From an uncultured Lachnospiraceae bacterium (GTDB taxonomy: Bacteria; Bacillota; Clostridia; Lachnospirales; Lachnospiraceae): a stretch of DNA of 64,000 nt. The DNA is taken from contig CALWSG010000006.1 in the NCBI GenBank assembly GCA_944384155.1, positions 2,649-66,648 on the forward strand, read 5' to 3'. The translations under genes and the position numbers were made by a program. This document shows, in pieces, positions 28,759 to 37,603 of this stretch; positions within the stretch are counted from its first letter, which is position 1; each line of letters begins with the position of its first letter. Under the pieces are notes generated by a model. The model did not search any database, was not told the DNA's origin, and worked only from the letters and a program-made list of their open reading frames with translations.

Positions 28759-29622
28759 ATGTACGAAAATAGCATGGAAATGAAAATATGGAAAAGTGTG
28801 TTGCCGGTTCTTATTTATTTGTTTATAAATATGCTGGTTCAGGTGGTATTTACAATAGCCGTTACAATTAATGAATTTATGAAGCTGGGTAGCGGCGGAA
28901 TAATGGATTATTTTACAGGATATAATTTTAGCGGCGATATAGAAAGAGTTGTCAGTGAAAACGGACTGGCAGTTACTCTTATAAGCGGTCTTATTACCAT
29001 TCCTGTATGTCTTGGCATGATGAAAAAAGATGAGGATTTGAAAGAGTATACAACCATAAAAAATCATTTAAAAAATATAAGACTTAAAAGATGGTATTAT
29101 ATAGTTTTAGTGGGAATATTTGCAAGTATGGGAATAGGCAAAGCAGTTACAATATTACCTATAGATAATATTTTGGGAAGCTATGAGCAGGTTCAAAGCA
29201 GTTTTGTCAGCAATCCTTTAATATTACAGATAGGAGCTCTTGCATTTATAGGACCGGTGACGGAGGAAATTGTATTCAGAGGACTTGTGTATAAAAGAAT
29301 AAAGGGATACACCGACAGCCTTAAGGGCGGAATAATATCCGCAGCTTTATTTGGAATATATCATTTTAATCTTGTGCAGGGTATATATGGTTTTGTACTT
29401 GGAATTTTATTGGTCTATGTTTATGAAAAATATAAGACCATAGCAGCGCCTGTAATACTTCATGTGTCGGCAAATATAGCTGCACTGGTTATGAATTATT
29501 CAAATATATCAACTGCCATTAATCAAAACATTTATCTTAAGATATTGTTTATGCTTATTGAAACAGGTGCATTGGCGGCTGTGCTGTGGCGGTTAAACAG
29601 TATTAGGGACATAAGGCAGTGA
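28759..29622 (+). CDS. CPBP (CAAX/Abi) family intramembrane glutamic endopeptidase
   Basis: PVTEEIVFRG, FGIYH, ILHVSAN motifs; multi-TM. Confidence 0.9.
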   Translation: MYENSMEMKIWKSVLPVLIYLFINMLVQVVFTIAVTINEFMKLGSGGIMDYFTGYNFSGDIERVVSENGLAVTLISGLITIPVCLGMMKKDEDLKEYTTIKNHLKNIRLKRWYYIVLVGIFASMGIGKAVTILPIDNILGSYEQVQSSFVSNPLILQIGALAFIGPVTEEIVFRGLVYKRIKGYTDSLKGGIISAALFGIYHFNLVQGIYGFVLGILLVYVYEKYKTIAAPVILHVSANIAALVMNYSNISTAINQNIYLKILFMLIETGALAAVLWRLNSIRDIRQ

Positions 29623-29683
29623 CGCGGGGTGGCGTCATTGGGAATTTAACATAATAAAATATGAAAAGAAAGGAAAGCAATTT

Positions 29684-30700
29684 ATGAAGTTATTATCAGT
29701 AGCAGTTCCATGCTATAATTCAGAAGCATATATGGAGCATTGTGTTGAGACATTAGTATCAGGCGGAGAAGATGTAGAGGTAATCATAGTAAATGACGGT
29801 TCTAAGGACAGAACAGAAGAAATAGCAAAAGGCTTAATGGAAAAATATCCGTCTATAGTTAAAGTGATAAGTCAGGAGAATGGAGGACATGGAGAGGCTG
29901 TAAATACAGGACTTAAAAATGCCACAGGTGAATATTTTAAAGTGGTTGACAGTGATGACTGGGTAAATGAGGCAGTGTTAAAAAAGATACTTAAAACACT
30001 CAGATATATGGTAAGGGAAAATAAAAAGCTGGATATGCTTTTATCAAACTTTGTATATGACAAGCAGGGAGCAAGGCATAAGAAAGTTATGTCATATAAA
30101 TCTGCAATGGATTCAAAGCATATTACATCATGGGACGGAGCTATCAAGTTTAAAAAGACACAGTATATTCTTATGCATTCTGTTATTTACAGAACACAGA
30201 TGCTGAGAGATTGCGGACTTGAGCTTCCTAAGCATACCTTTTATGTAGACAATCTTTATGTATTTAAGCCTCTGCCTTACGTAAAGCGTCTGTGTTATAT
30301 TGACGTAGATTTTTACCATTATTTTATAGGAAGAGATGACCAGTCTGTCAATGAAAAGGTAATGATATCAAGAATAGACCAGCATATAAAAGTGGCGAAG
30401 ATTATGCTTGAGGAGTACAGCAAAATGGAAATTGAAAGCGGTAAGCTTGACAAATATATGATTCAGTATCTTGATATGATGATGTGTATAGCTTCTGTTA
30501 TGCTGATACTTTCGGGAACGGAGGAGAATCTTCAGAAGAAAAGGGAGTTATGGGCATGGCTAAAGGAAACGTATCCTGAGATTTATAAAAAGCTCAGGTA
30601 TTCAATTATGGGAATAGCAATGAATCTGCCGGGAAAGCCGGGAAGATTAGTGTCAAAAGCAGCATATAAGGTAACACAAAAAATATTTGGATTCAATTAG
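29684..30700 (+). CDS. Glycosyltransferase family 2
   Basis: VPCYN, VNDGSKD, NGGHGEAVNTG, VVDSDD. Confidence 0.93.
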   Translation: MKLLSVAVPCYNSEAYMEHCVETLVSGGEDVEVIIVNDGSKDRTEEIAKGLMEKYPSIVKVISQENGGHGEAVNTGLKNATGEYFKVVDSDDWVNEAVLKKILKTLRYMVRENKKLDMLLSNFVYDKQGARHKKVMSYKSAMDSKHITSWDGAIKFKKTQYILMHSVIYRTQMLRDCGLELPKHTFYVDNLYVFKPLPYVKRLCYIDVDFYHYFIGRDDQSVNEKVMISRIDQHIKVAKIMLEEYSKMEIESGKLDKYMIQYLDMMMCIASVMLILSGTEENLQKKRELWAWLKETYPEIYKKLRYSIMGIAMNLPGKPGRLVSKAAYKVTQKIFGFN

Positions 30701-30708
30701 AAATATAA

Positions 30709-30753
30709 AAGAGATTATATATTGGTTAGTTATTACCAATATATAACCTCTTT
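30709..30753. terminator. Bidirectional terminator between GT2 gene and tRNA pair
   Basis: AAGAG-A-TTATATATTGG / CCAATATATAA-C-CTCTT stem. Confidence 0.7.
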
Positions 30754-30820
30754 ATTGTTTTTATAAATATAGTATCTATGGGGATAATCCGGATTTTTAC
30801 TTATTTTTCAAATAAAAAAA

Positions 30821-30894
30821 TGGCTAAGAAGGGATTTGAACCCCTGACACCACGGGTATGAACCGTGTGCTCTCGCCAACTGAGCTACTTAGCC
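30821..30894 (-). tRNA. tRNA-Met (CAT), elongator-like
   Basis: Cloverleaf GGCTAAG...CACGG-TTCATAC-CCGTG...TTCAAAT...CTTAGCC-A; paired 1-72 and no GGG/CCC anticodon stem; CCA not encoded. Confidence 0.93.
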
Positions 30895-30920
30895 ATAATA
30901 CCAGTATAATTGAAGAAAAG

Positions 30921-30993
30921 TGGGACCTACAGGGCTCGAACCTGTGACCCTCTGCTTGTAAGGCAGATGCTCTCCCAGCTGAGCTAAGATCCC
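30921..30993 (-). tRNA. tRNA-Val (TAC)
   Basis: GGGATCTTAGCTCAGCTGGGAGAGCATCTGCCTTACAAGCAGAGGGTCACAGGTTCGAGCCCTGTAGGTCCCA. Confidence 0.96.
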
Positions 30994-31024
30994 AAACTGC
31001 TTGCCTCAATCAGACTGCTTTGCT

Positions 31025-31053
31025 AGTATAATATGAATTGAAGCATTTGTCAA
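31025..31053 (-). promoter_or_regulatory. sigma-A promoter of tRNA-Val/tRNA-Met
   Basis: Minus strand TTGACA-N17-TATACT, about 30 nt upstream of tRNA-Val. Confidence 0.85.
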
Positions 31054-31229
31054 CAACTTTTTTCAAAATTTAATCAATAAATACAATTACAGTCTTTATA
31101 TGACGTAAAATATGTAAAAAGATAAAAAATTATAATGATAAAATCACAGTATAGTGATATGATATAAAATATTGCAAATAAAAGGAACATTATTTTTATA
31201 TAATATAAAATGGATACAGGAGGAAAAAT

Positions 31230-31787
31230 ATGCGTATTGGAATGGGATATGATGTTCATAAGCTGGTTTGCGGCAGGAAGCTGATATTAGGAGGAGTTGA
31301 GATTCCATATGAAAAAGGCCTTTTAGGACATTCGGATGCCGATGTTTTGCTTCATGCCATAATGGACGCACTTTTAGGAGCGGCATCACTTGGTGATATA
31401 GGAAAGCATTTTCCTGATACGGATTCAAAGTATAAGGGAATTTCAAGCATAAAACTTCTTGAGCATGTGGGAAAGCTTTTAAGCGATAATCTTTTTATAA
31501 TAGGAAATATTGACGCTACTGTAATAGCACAGAAACCAAAGCTGGCACCATACAGGGAGCAGATGATAAAAAATGTTGCGGCGGCACTTAACATATCTGA
31601 AAATCAAATAAATATAAAGGCAACTACAGAAGAAGGATTAGGCTTTACGGGCAGTGGAGAGGGAATATCGTCACAGGCCATAGCACTTCTTGAAACTGCC
31701 GCAAACTACAGTTATGATATTATGGAGGGTGAAAAGAGGAAAGGAGTCTGCACCGGATGTACAGGCTGTGTAAGAGAAACTGTATAA
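31230..31787 (+). CDS. ispF: 2-C-methyl-D-erythritol 2,4-cyclodiphosphate synthase with Cys-rich C-terminal extension
   Basis: [34 protein letters not shown]. Confidence 0.96.
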   Translation: MRIGMGYDVHKLVCGRKLILGGVEIPYEKGLLGHSDADVLLHAIMDALLGAASLGDIGKHFPDTDSKYKGISSIKLLEHVGKLLSDNLFIIGNIDATVIAQKPKLAPYREQMIKNVAAALNISENQINIKATTEEGLGFTGSGEGISSQAIALLETAANYSYDIMEGEKRKGVCTGCTGCVRETV

Positions 31788-31849
31788 AAAAGTAAAAAAG
31801 ACAAAATATAATCATTATTAATAATGAATAACGGAGACAATATATAAAG

Positions 31850-32770
31850 ATGAATAATTATGATTTGCACAATATAGAAATAAAGGATTATGAAAAACTT
31901 AAGAAGTATTTTGCCTTAAGACCTGCAAGAACATGTGAAAGTATAGTAAACAGCAGTTATATATGGAGGGATTATTACAATGCAAAATATTATATAAACA
32001 GCTATGGCATTGTATTTTTATATGATTTGGGAGAGGGAATTTTTTCCTCGTCACCGCTTTGCAGAAAAGAGGATATTAAGCTGTGTGTGGAGGATATGAA
32101 AAAATATTTTAATGAGGTTTTAGGGAAAAAGCTTGTTATGAATGTTGTTGACGGTGATACGGTAGAGGCACTTGGGAATGATAGAGATAAGTATCTGATA
32201 GAGGAGGACAGAAGATATTTTGACTATGTGTATGATGCCGAAAAGCTAAGAACCTTATCAGGAAAAAAATATCATAAAAAGAAAAATCATTTAAATGGAT
32301 TTTTAAGGGAATATGGGGGAAGATATGAGACAAGAATTTTAGGGTGTAAGGACAAGGAGATAATTTTTGATTTTCTTGATAAATGGCAGGAGAAAAGAGA
32401 TATTCAGGACGAATATAACAGAGATGATTTTGAGGTTGCGGGAATAAAAAATTTTATAAATGAATTTGGCTGTATTAAAGAGGATATGAATATGGAAATG
32501 CTGGGGGTATTTATTGACGGAGAGCTTTCTGCGTTTACACTTGGAACATATCTTAAGGATTTGCAGATGGTTTTCGTACATGTGGAAAAGGCAAATCCTG
32601 ATATAAGGGGCTTGTATACCTTTGTAAATCAACAGTTTCAAAGTATTTGCTTTCCGGAAGCAAGGCTTGTAAACAGGGAGGACGATATGGGACTTGAGGG
32701 GCTGCGTCAGGCAAAAATGTCATATAATCCAATTTACATGGAAAAAAAGTATACAGTAAGGGAAATATAA
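31850..32770 (+). CDS. DUF2156-like protein (soluble aminoacyl-transferase/FemX-MprF C-terminal-like fold)
   Basis: DYVY....L..LSGKKYHKKKNHLN, HVEKAN, NREDDMGLEGLRQAKMSYNP. Confidence 0.8.
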   Translation: MNNYDLHNIEIKDYEKLKKYFALRPARTCESIVNSSYIWRDYYNAKYYINSYGIVFLYDLGEGIFSSSPLCRKEDIKLCVEDMKKYFNEVLGKKLVMNVVDGDTVEALGNDRDKYLIEEDRRYFDYVYDAEKLRTLSGKKYHKKKNHLNGFLREYGGRYETRILGCKDKEIIFDFLDKWQEKRDIQDEYNRDDFEVAGIKNFINEFGCIKEDMNMEMLGVFIDGELSAFTLGTYLKDLQMVFVHVEKANPDIRGLYTFVNQQFQSICFPEARLVNREDDMGLEGLRQAKMSYNPIYMEKKYTVREI

Positions 32771-32795
32771 AGTGTGTTGCAGAAATGAGGAAAAT

Positions 32796-33674
32796 ATGGA
32801 TATAAGTATAAGGGTTATAGACAAGCAGTCGGATGATATGACAAGGGTAAGAAGCTTGTATACTCAGGTATTTAATGATACGGAAAGGTTTACGGAATAT
32901 TTTTTTAGAAATGAAGCAGCTTCTTCCTCAACAGTCATACTTGGAGCATTCATTGAAAAAAATATAGTATCTGTTATGTTTTTATTGGAAAAGTCCCTAA
33001 TATGGAACGGCATAAGGGAAAAGGGATGTTATATATACGGAGTGGCAACAGCTCCCGGGTATAGAGGTAAAGGTTATATGAGAAGGCTTATGGAATATGG
33101 GCTTAATTATTGTGAAAGTAATAAGTACCGGATAGTTTATCTTATACCTGTCAACGAGAAAATATATGAGGGTCTGGGTTTTGTAAGTGTGAGAAAGGCT
33201 AAGAGGGTGGACATAATTCATGAGGAAAATAAAGCTGAGCTTATGGCGGCTGAACTTTCAATAGGGGAAGATGTGTACATTGAAAAAATTATACATGGAG
33301 ATAAAGAAAAAATATGTGAGGCATCAAGGTTTGCCATGACAGCAGATAAGTTAAAGGGAGGCATATGGGAAGAGAAGGATGTGTCTTATTTTTGCCGCAG
33401 GGTGCTTCAGGCAGAGGCGGAAAATGCAGGAATATATATAGTAAGAGACAATAAAGGAAAAATAAAAGCAGTTATTATAACGGGAGCAGATGAAGATATG
33501 GGTATATGTATTTCGGAAGTAATATGTAAGGGGACATCAGGAGAAGAAAATATGTATGTCAAGATGCTTGCAGAAAAATATGACGGAGTGAGACCTTATA
33601 TATTAATTAATCCTATTATGATATATAAATGGACAAAAGATAACACTGTAATACACATAAATAATCAGGTGTAG
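32796..33674 (+). CDS. GNAT-family acetyltransferase (Eis N-terminal-like)
   Basis: YIYGVATAPGYRGKGYM acetyl-CoA motif A; YLIP...IYEGLGF motif B. Confidence 0.85.
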   Translation: MDISIRVIDKQSDDMTRVRSLYTQVFNDTERFTEYFFRNEAASSSTVILGAFIEKNIVSVMFLLEKSLIWNGIREKGCYIYGVATAPGYRGKGYMRRLMEYGLNYCESNKYRIVYLIPVNEKIYEGLGFVSVRKAKRVDIIHEENKAELMAAELSIGEDVYIEKIIHGDKEKICEASRFAMTADKLKGGIWEEKDVSYFCRRVLQAEAENAGIYIVRDNKGKIKAVIITGADEDMGICISEVICKGTSGEENMYVKMLAEKYDGVRPYILINPIMIYKWTKDNTVIHINNQV

Positions 33675-33701
33675 AAATTTCCTATCTTTAGTTTCCGTAA
33701 A

Positions 33702-33730
33702 TTGACAAACAAAAGAAGGTATATTACACT
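33702..33730 (+). promoter_or_regulatory. sigma-A promoter of prfC
   Basis: TTGACA-N17-TACACT. Confidence 0.65.
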
Positions 33731-33787
33731 ATTTAGGTTGTGGAGAAAAACAAAAGCAATAAAACAGATAAGAACGGAGATAAGATT

Positions 33788-35374
33788 ATGTCAACAATAA
33801 AAGAAGAAATAGAAAAGAGAAGAACCTTTGCAATAATTTCCCATCCCGATGCGGGAAAAACAACCTTGACGGAAAAGTTTCTTTTGTACGGAGGAGCCAT
33901 AAATACGGCAGGAAGTGTTAAGGGCAAGGCAAATTCAAAGCATGCGGTTTCCGACTGGATGGAAATAGAAAAGGAAAGAGGTATATCTGTAACATCTTCT
34001 ATTCTTCAGTTTAATTTTGACGGTTATTGCATAAATATTCTTGATACACCGGGACACCAGGATTTCTCGGAGGATACCTACCGTACTCTTATGGCAGCAG
34101 ATTCGGCTGTTATGGTAATTGACGGCTCAAAGGGTGTGGAGGCACAGACTATAAAGCTTTTTAAGGTATGTGCAATGAGACATATTCCCATATTTACGTT
34201 TATAAATAAGATGGACAGAGAAGCGAAGGATACCTTTGAGCTGCTGGAGGAGATAGAAAATGTTCTCGGCATAAAGACAAGTCCTGTAAACTGGCCTATA
34301 GGCTCAGGGAAAAGCTTTAAAGGTGTATATGACAGAAATAAAAGACAGGTTGCAATGTTTACTGCGGTGTCTCATGGGGGTGCAAGGGAAGCAAAGGAAA
34401 CAGATATTTCAGCAGATGATGACAGATTAAAGGAAGAAATAGGACAAGAGCTTTATGATAAGCTGATGGAGGATATAGAGATTCTTGATATTGCCGGTGA
34501 GGAGCTTGATATGAAGCTGGTTTCGGAAGGAAAAATATCTCCTGTATTTTTCGGCTCGGCATTAACAAACTTTGGCATAGAAACATTTTTACACCATTTT
34601 CTGAAAATGACATCCTCACCTGTTCCAAGGGAGTCAGATGAAGGGATTATAGACCCTGTGACAGGTCCGTTCTCAGGCTTTATATTTAAAATACAGGCTA
34701 ATATGAATAAGGCACACAGGGACAGAATAGCATTTATGAGAATATGCTCAGGTAAATTTGAAGCGGGAATGGAGGTTTATCACGTTCAGGGAAACAGAAA
34801 GCAAAAGCTTCTTCAGCCGCAGCAGGTTATGGCACAGAGCAGAAATGTTATAGATGAGGCATATGCAGGGGACGTAATAGGAATATTTGATCCCGGTACA
34901 TTTTCCATAGGAGATACAATATGTGCACCGGGAAAGAAGTTTAAGTACAGTGGAATACCTACTTTTGCCCCGGAGCATTTTTGTCGTGTAGTGCAGACAG
35001 ATACAATGAAGCGTAAGCAGTTTGTGGCAGGGATAACACAGATAGCACAGGAGGGTGCAATTCAGATATTTAAGGATTATAATCTTGAGCTGTCGGAAAT
35101 TATAGTAGGGGTGGTAGGCGTTTTACAGTTTGATGTGCTTAAATACCGTATGGAAAATGAATATAACTGTGAGGTAAGACTGGAGCCCCTTCCATATACA
35201 CAGATGAGATGGGTTAAGGACAATGGATTTAAGCTTGATGATATGAGACGTTCAAATGAGATAAAAAAAGCAAAAGACATGAAAAACAATCCTCTTTTAT
35301 TATTTCAGAATGAGTGGAATATAAGGCTTTGTCTTGAGAATAATAAGGGACTTGAGCTGGAGGAAGTTAAATAG
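33788..35374 (+). CDS. prfC: Peptide chain release factor 3
   Basis: RRTFAIISHPDAGKTT, DTPGHQDFSEDT, KIQANM, GVLQFDV. Start moved to ATG 33788. Confidence 0.97.
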   Translation: MSTIKEEIEKRRTFAIISHPDAGKTTLTEKFLLYGGAINTAGSVKGKANSKHAVSDWMEIEKERGISVTSSILQFNFDGYCINILDTPGHQDFSEDTYRTLMAADSAVMVIDGSKGVEAQTIKLFKVCAMRHIPIFTFINKMDREAKDTFELLEEIENVLGIKTSPVNWPIGSGKSFKGVYDRNKRQVAMFTAVSHGGAREAKETDISADDDRLKEEIGQELYDKLMEDIEILDIAGEELDMKLVSEGKISPVFFGSALTNFGIETFLHHFLKMTSSPVPRESDEGIIDPVTGPFSGFIFKIQANMNKAHRDRIAFMRICSGKFEAGMEVYHVQGNRKQKLLQPQQVMAQSRNVIDEAYAGDVIGIFDPGTFSIGDTICAPGKKFKYSGIPTFAPEHFCRVVQTDTMKRKQFVAGITQIAQEGAIQIFKDYNLELSEIIVGVVGVLQFDVLKYRMENEYNCEVRLEPLPYTQMRWVKDNGFKLDDMRRSNEIKKAKDMKNNPLLLFQNEWNIRLCLENNKGLELEEVK

Positions 35375-35556
35375 CAGAATAAATGTTCATAATTAGTTAT
35401 GGAATATATTAATTACTGGGGGATAGTGATATTGAAATGTTATTAGTTTAAGTAAAACAAAAAAATATCCTAAAAAGTGCATATTTTTTCCATATGGCTT
35501 GTAGTATAGGAAAATATCTGATATATCATATGTAACATATATATGGAGGAATGTGT

Positions 35557-36693
35557 ATGAAAAAGAAAATGTTAATTATAATTATGACTATGCTGATGTT
35601 AATGTTAACAAGTACGACATATGCGAATGAAAAAGATGAAGAAAAGAGTGAAGAATATTTCCATATTTTTAATGAGAAAAAAAGTTTTAATAATTCCATA
35701 TTGCCTAATTTGTCTATGAGTATATACTACAGAATCGAGTCTGAATTAATAAGTATGTATTTATATCCGCAATTTGATTCGGAAATAGATGCAATATCCA
35801 AAGTACAATTAGAAACAAAAAATTTATTAAAGGAATTAAAGAAAGAGTATAATTTGGACGAATTAAACCAAGAAACTTGGAGTAAGTATAATAATGCATT
35901 GAATATTTTTATTAGTGGTGACAACAAATTGTATTCAGAAATTAGTGATGAAGTTATAAAGCTAAAGGCTTTATTTAATGGGTTAGAAAATAGGCAAATA
36001 AATAATAACATTTTGAAAATGATAGAAAAAAATAATTCTAAAGAATTAATTTACAATATTGAATTTATTAATATGCTACCATATAGAATAAATGAATTAA
36101 CTAATAGAAATGAAATTTCTTGTTTGAATAAAACAAAGTCATTTGTTAGTTCGGATAATATAGTGACATTAAATGCGGCATATTCTAATTCAGATGCTTT
36201 GTCATATGCTAAAAAGCATGCCACGTCAAGAAATGGACAATTTCCATCATATTCAGCGGATTGTACAAATTTCACTTCACAAATAATGTATGCTGGTGGA
36301 ATGGAGCAAGAATATACTGTAAACGTTAATTCCGGATGGTGGCATAGGTTTAATCCTATTCATAATGCACATACCAATTCGCTATCATGGTCTGTAGCAC
36401 ATAATTTTGTTTCATATTTTAAAATATATACAGGAACTCGCTATCATTCTCAATTTAGCAGAGATTTAAAAACAGGAGACTTTATTGCATTAGATTATGA
36501 GAGTGATGGAAGAATAGATCATATGGGGTATGTTATGCAAACATCTGTTATAGAGGATACATATGAAGGGCATAAATATAGAAGATATAAAGTAGCACAG
36601 CATACTTCTGATTATATAGAATGGACTACATCTGACAAAAATGGGTGGAAAAAATATAATCTTAAGGGAACATATTATATAGTAAGACCATAA
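35557..36693 (+). CDS. Secreted protein with C-terminal putative amidase domain (Amidase_6-like, Cys/His)
   Basis: Signal peptide ending TYA; ADCTNFTSQIMYAGG, SW, GDFIALD....DHMGYV, VAQHT; very AT-rich, TTA-rich codons. Confidence 0.75.
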   Translation: MKKKMLIIIMTMLMLMLTSTTYANEKDEEKSEEYFHIFNEKKSFNNSILPNLSMSIYYRIESELISMYLYPQFDSEIDAISKVQLETKNLLKELKKEYNLDELNQETWSKYNNALNIFISGDNKLYSEISDEVIKLKALFNGLENRQINNNILKMIEKNNSKELIYNIEFINMLPYRINELTNRNEISCLNKTKSFVSSDNIVTLNAAYSNSDALSYAKKHATSRNGQFPSYSADCTNFTSQIMYAGGMEQEYTVNVNSGWWHRFNPIHNAHTNSLSWSVAHNFVSYFKIYTGTRYHSQFSRDLKTGDFIALDYESDGRIDHMGYVMQTSVIEDTYEGHKYRRYKVAQHTSDYIEWTTSDKNGWKKYNLKGTYYIVRP

Positions 36694-36705
36694 AGGAGGA
36701 AGTTA

Positions 36706-37137
36706 ATGGACAGTTCTAGTAAAAAGAGGATAATATTACTGATTATTGCATCATTCATAATATTAGTAAATTTGTTTTTTCTGAGTCAGGTATGGTGGAA
36801 GCCGGACGCAGGAGCAAAAGGCATAGGGGAAAAAACAGGCTTTGAGTATATAAAGCTAATGAAAAGCTTCCTTATGTATTTTTCAGGCATGGCTCTTTTG
36901 ATACTGGGAATATGGCTTTCAAAAATAGCAGACAGAAATTTAATTCCTATATTTGTATATATAGTAGGCGCCGTAATGACTATATGGTCATTTTTTGTAA
37001 AGGATATGATTGAGTGGTCTGTTATGGAGGTAAAAGGAAATTTTACGCCATTATACTACGGAGCCATAGTATGTATGGCAGTATGTATAGTATGTGGATT
37101 GGTACTGCTTGTTATAAAACAGAAAACTTGGCATTGA
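36706..37137 (+). CDS. Hypothetical 4-TM membrane protein
   Basis: AGGAGG RBS, 12 nt after the amidase stop; four hydrophobic segments. Confidence 0.75.
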   Translation: MDSSSKKRIILLIIASFIILVNLFFLSQVWWKPDAGAKGIGEKTGFEYIKLMKSFLMYFSGMALLILGIWLSKIADRNLIPIFVYIVGAVMTIWSFFVKDMIEWSVMEVKGNFTPLYYGAIVCMAVCIVCGLVLLVIKQKTWH

Positions 37138-37162
37138 CAAAAGGAAAAAAACCTCATATTAT
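37134..37162 (+). promoter_or_regulatory. sigma-A promoter of Cys T-box operon
   Basis: TTGACA(37134-37139)-N17-TATTAT(37157-37162); the -35 contains the upstream gene's TGA stop. Confidence 0.75.
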
Positions 37163-37187
37163 ATGACTTATAAAACAAAATATTTTA

Positions 37188-37465
37188 AAGGCAATGAACG
37201 GAAAGAGTAGCATATGCGGAAACCGACAGAGATAGAATACATAATGCTGAGAGTATTCTTTGGCGGAAGCTGTGTGAAGTGCCTCCGGGAGCTTAATGCG
37301 TGAAAATAAAAACATATTTATAAATAGCGTGTTACGTAAAAGGTACGTTACATCTTAGTGAAAGTGAAAGCAGGTATTGTTTGCTTTTATGAGAGTGGAA
37401 CCGCGGAGTTAAGCTTCGTCTCTTTGGAATGTTAAGTTCTTTGCAAGGAGACGGAGCTTTTTGTT
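37188..37465 (+). ncRNA. T-box riboswitch, Cys specificity
   Basis: Stem I GGCAATGAACGGAAAGAGTAG...AGAGA...GCTGAGA; specifier GAAG-TGC (TGC at 37280-37282); T-box AGAGTGGAACCGCG (37392-37405); terminator AAGCTTCGTCTC / GAGACGGAGCTTTTT; upstream of cysE-cysS. Confidence 0.93.
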
Positions 37466-37603
37466 TCTTTATAATGATAGTAAGGATGGCGAAAGGTACA
37501 GATTTTTAGAGAGGAGACTGTTATATGGAAGCCGGGACTTCAGGAAACAAAAATCATACACTCTCATATAGTAATACATAAGAATCAGATAGAGGTGAAA
37601 GTA

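Noticed and set aside
30821-30894. CAT tRNA as initiator fMet or Ile2
   Set aside because: The 1-72 pair is matched and the GGG/CCC anticodon stem is absent (not initiator); the anticodon arm resembles elongator Met rather than Ile2. Not certain without a covariance model.
30700-31230. Mobile element at tRNA-Met/Val
   Set aside because: Flanked by core-looking genes; no integrase, att duplication or cargo.
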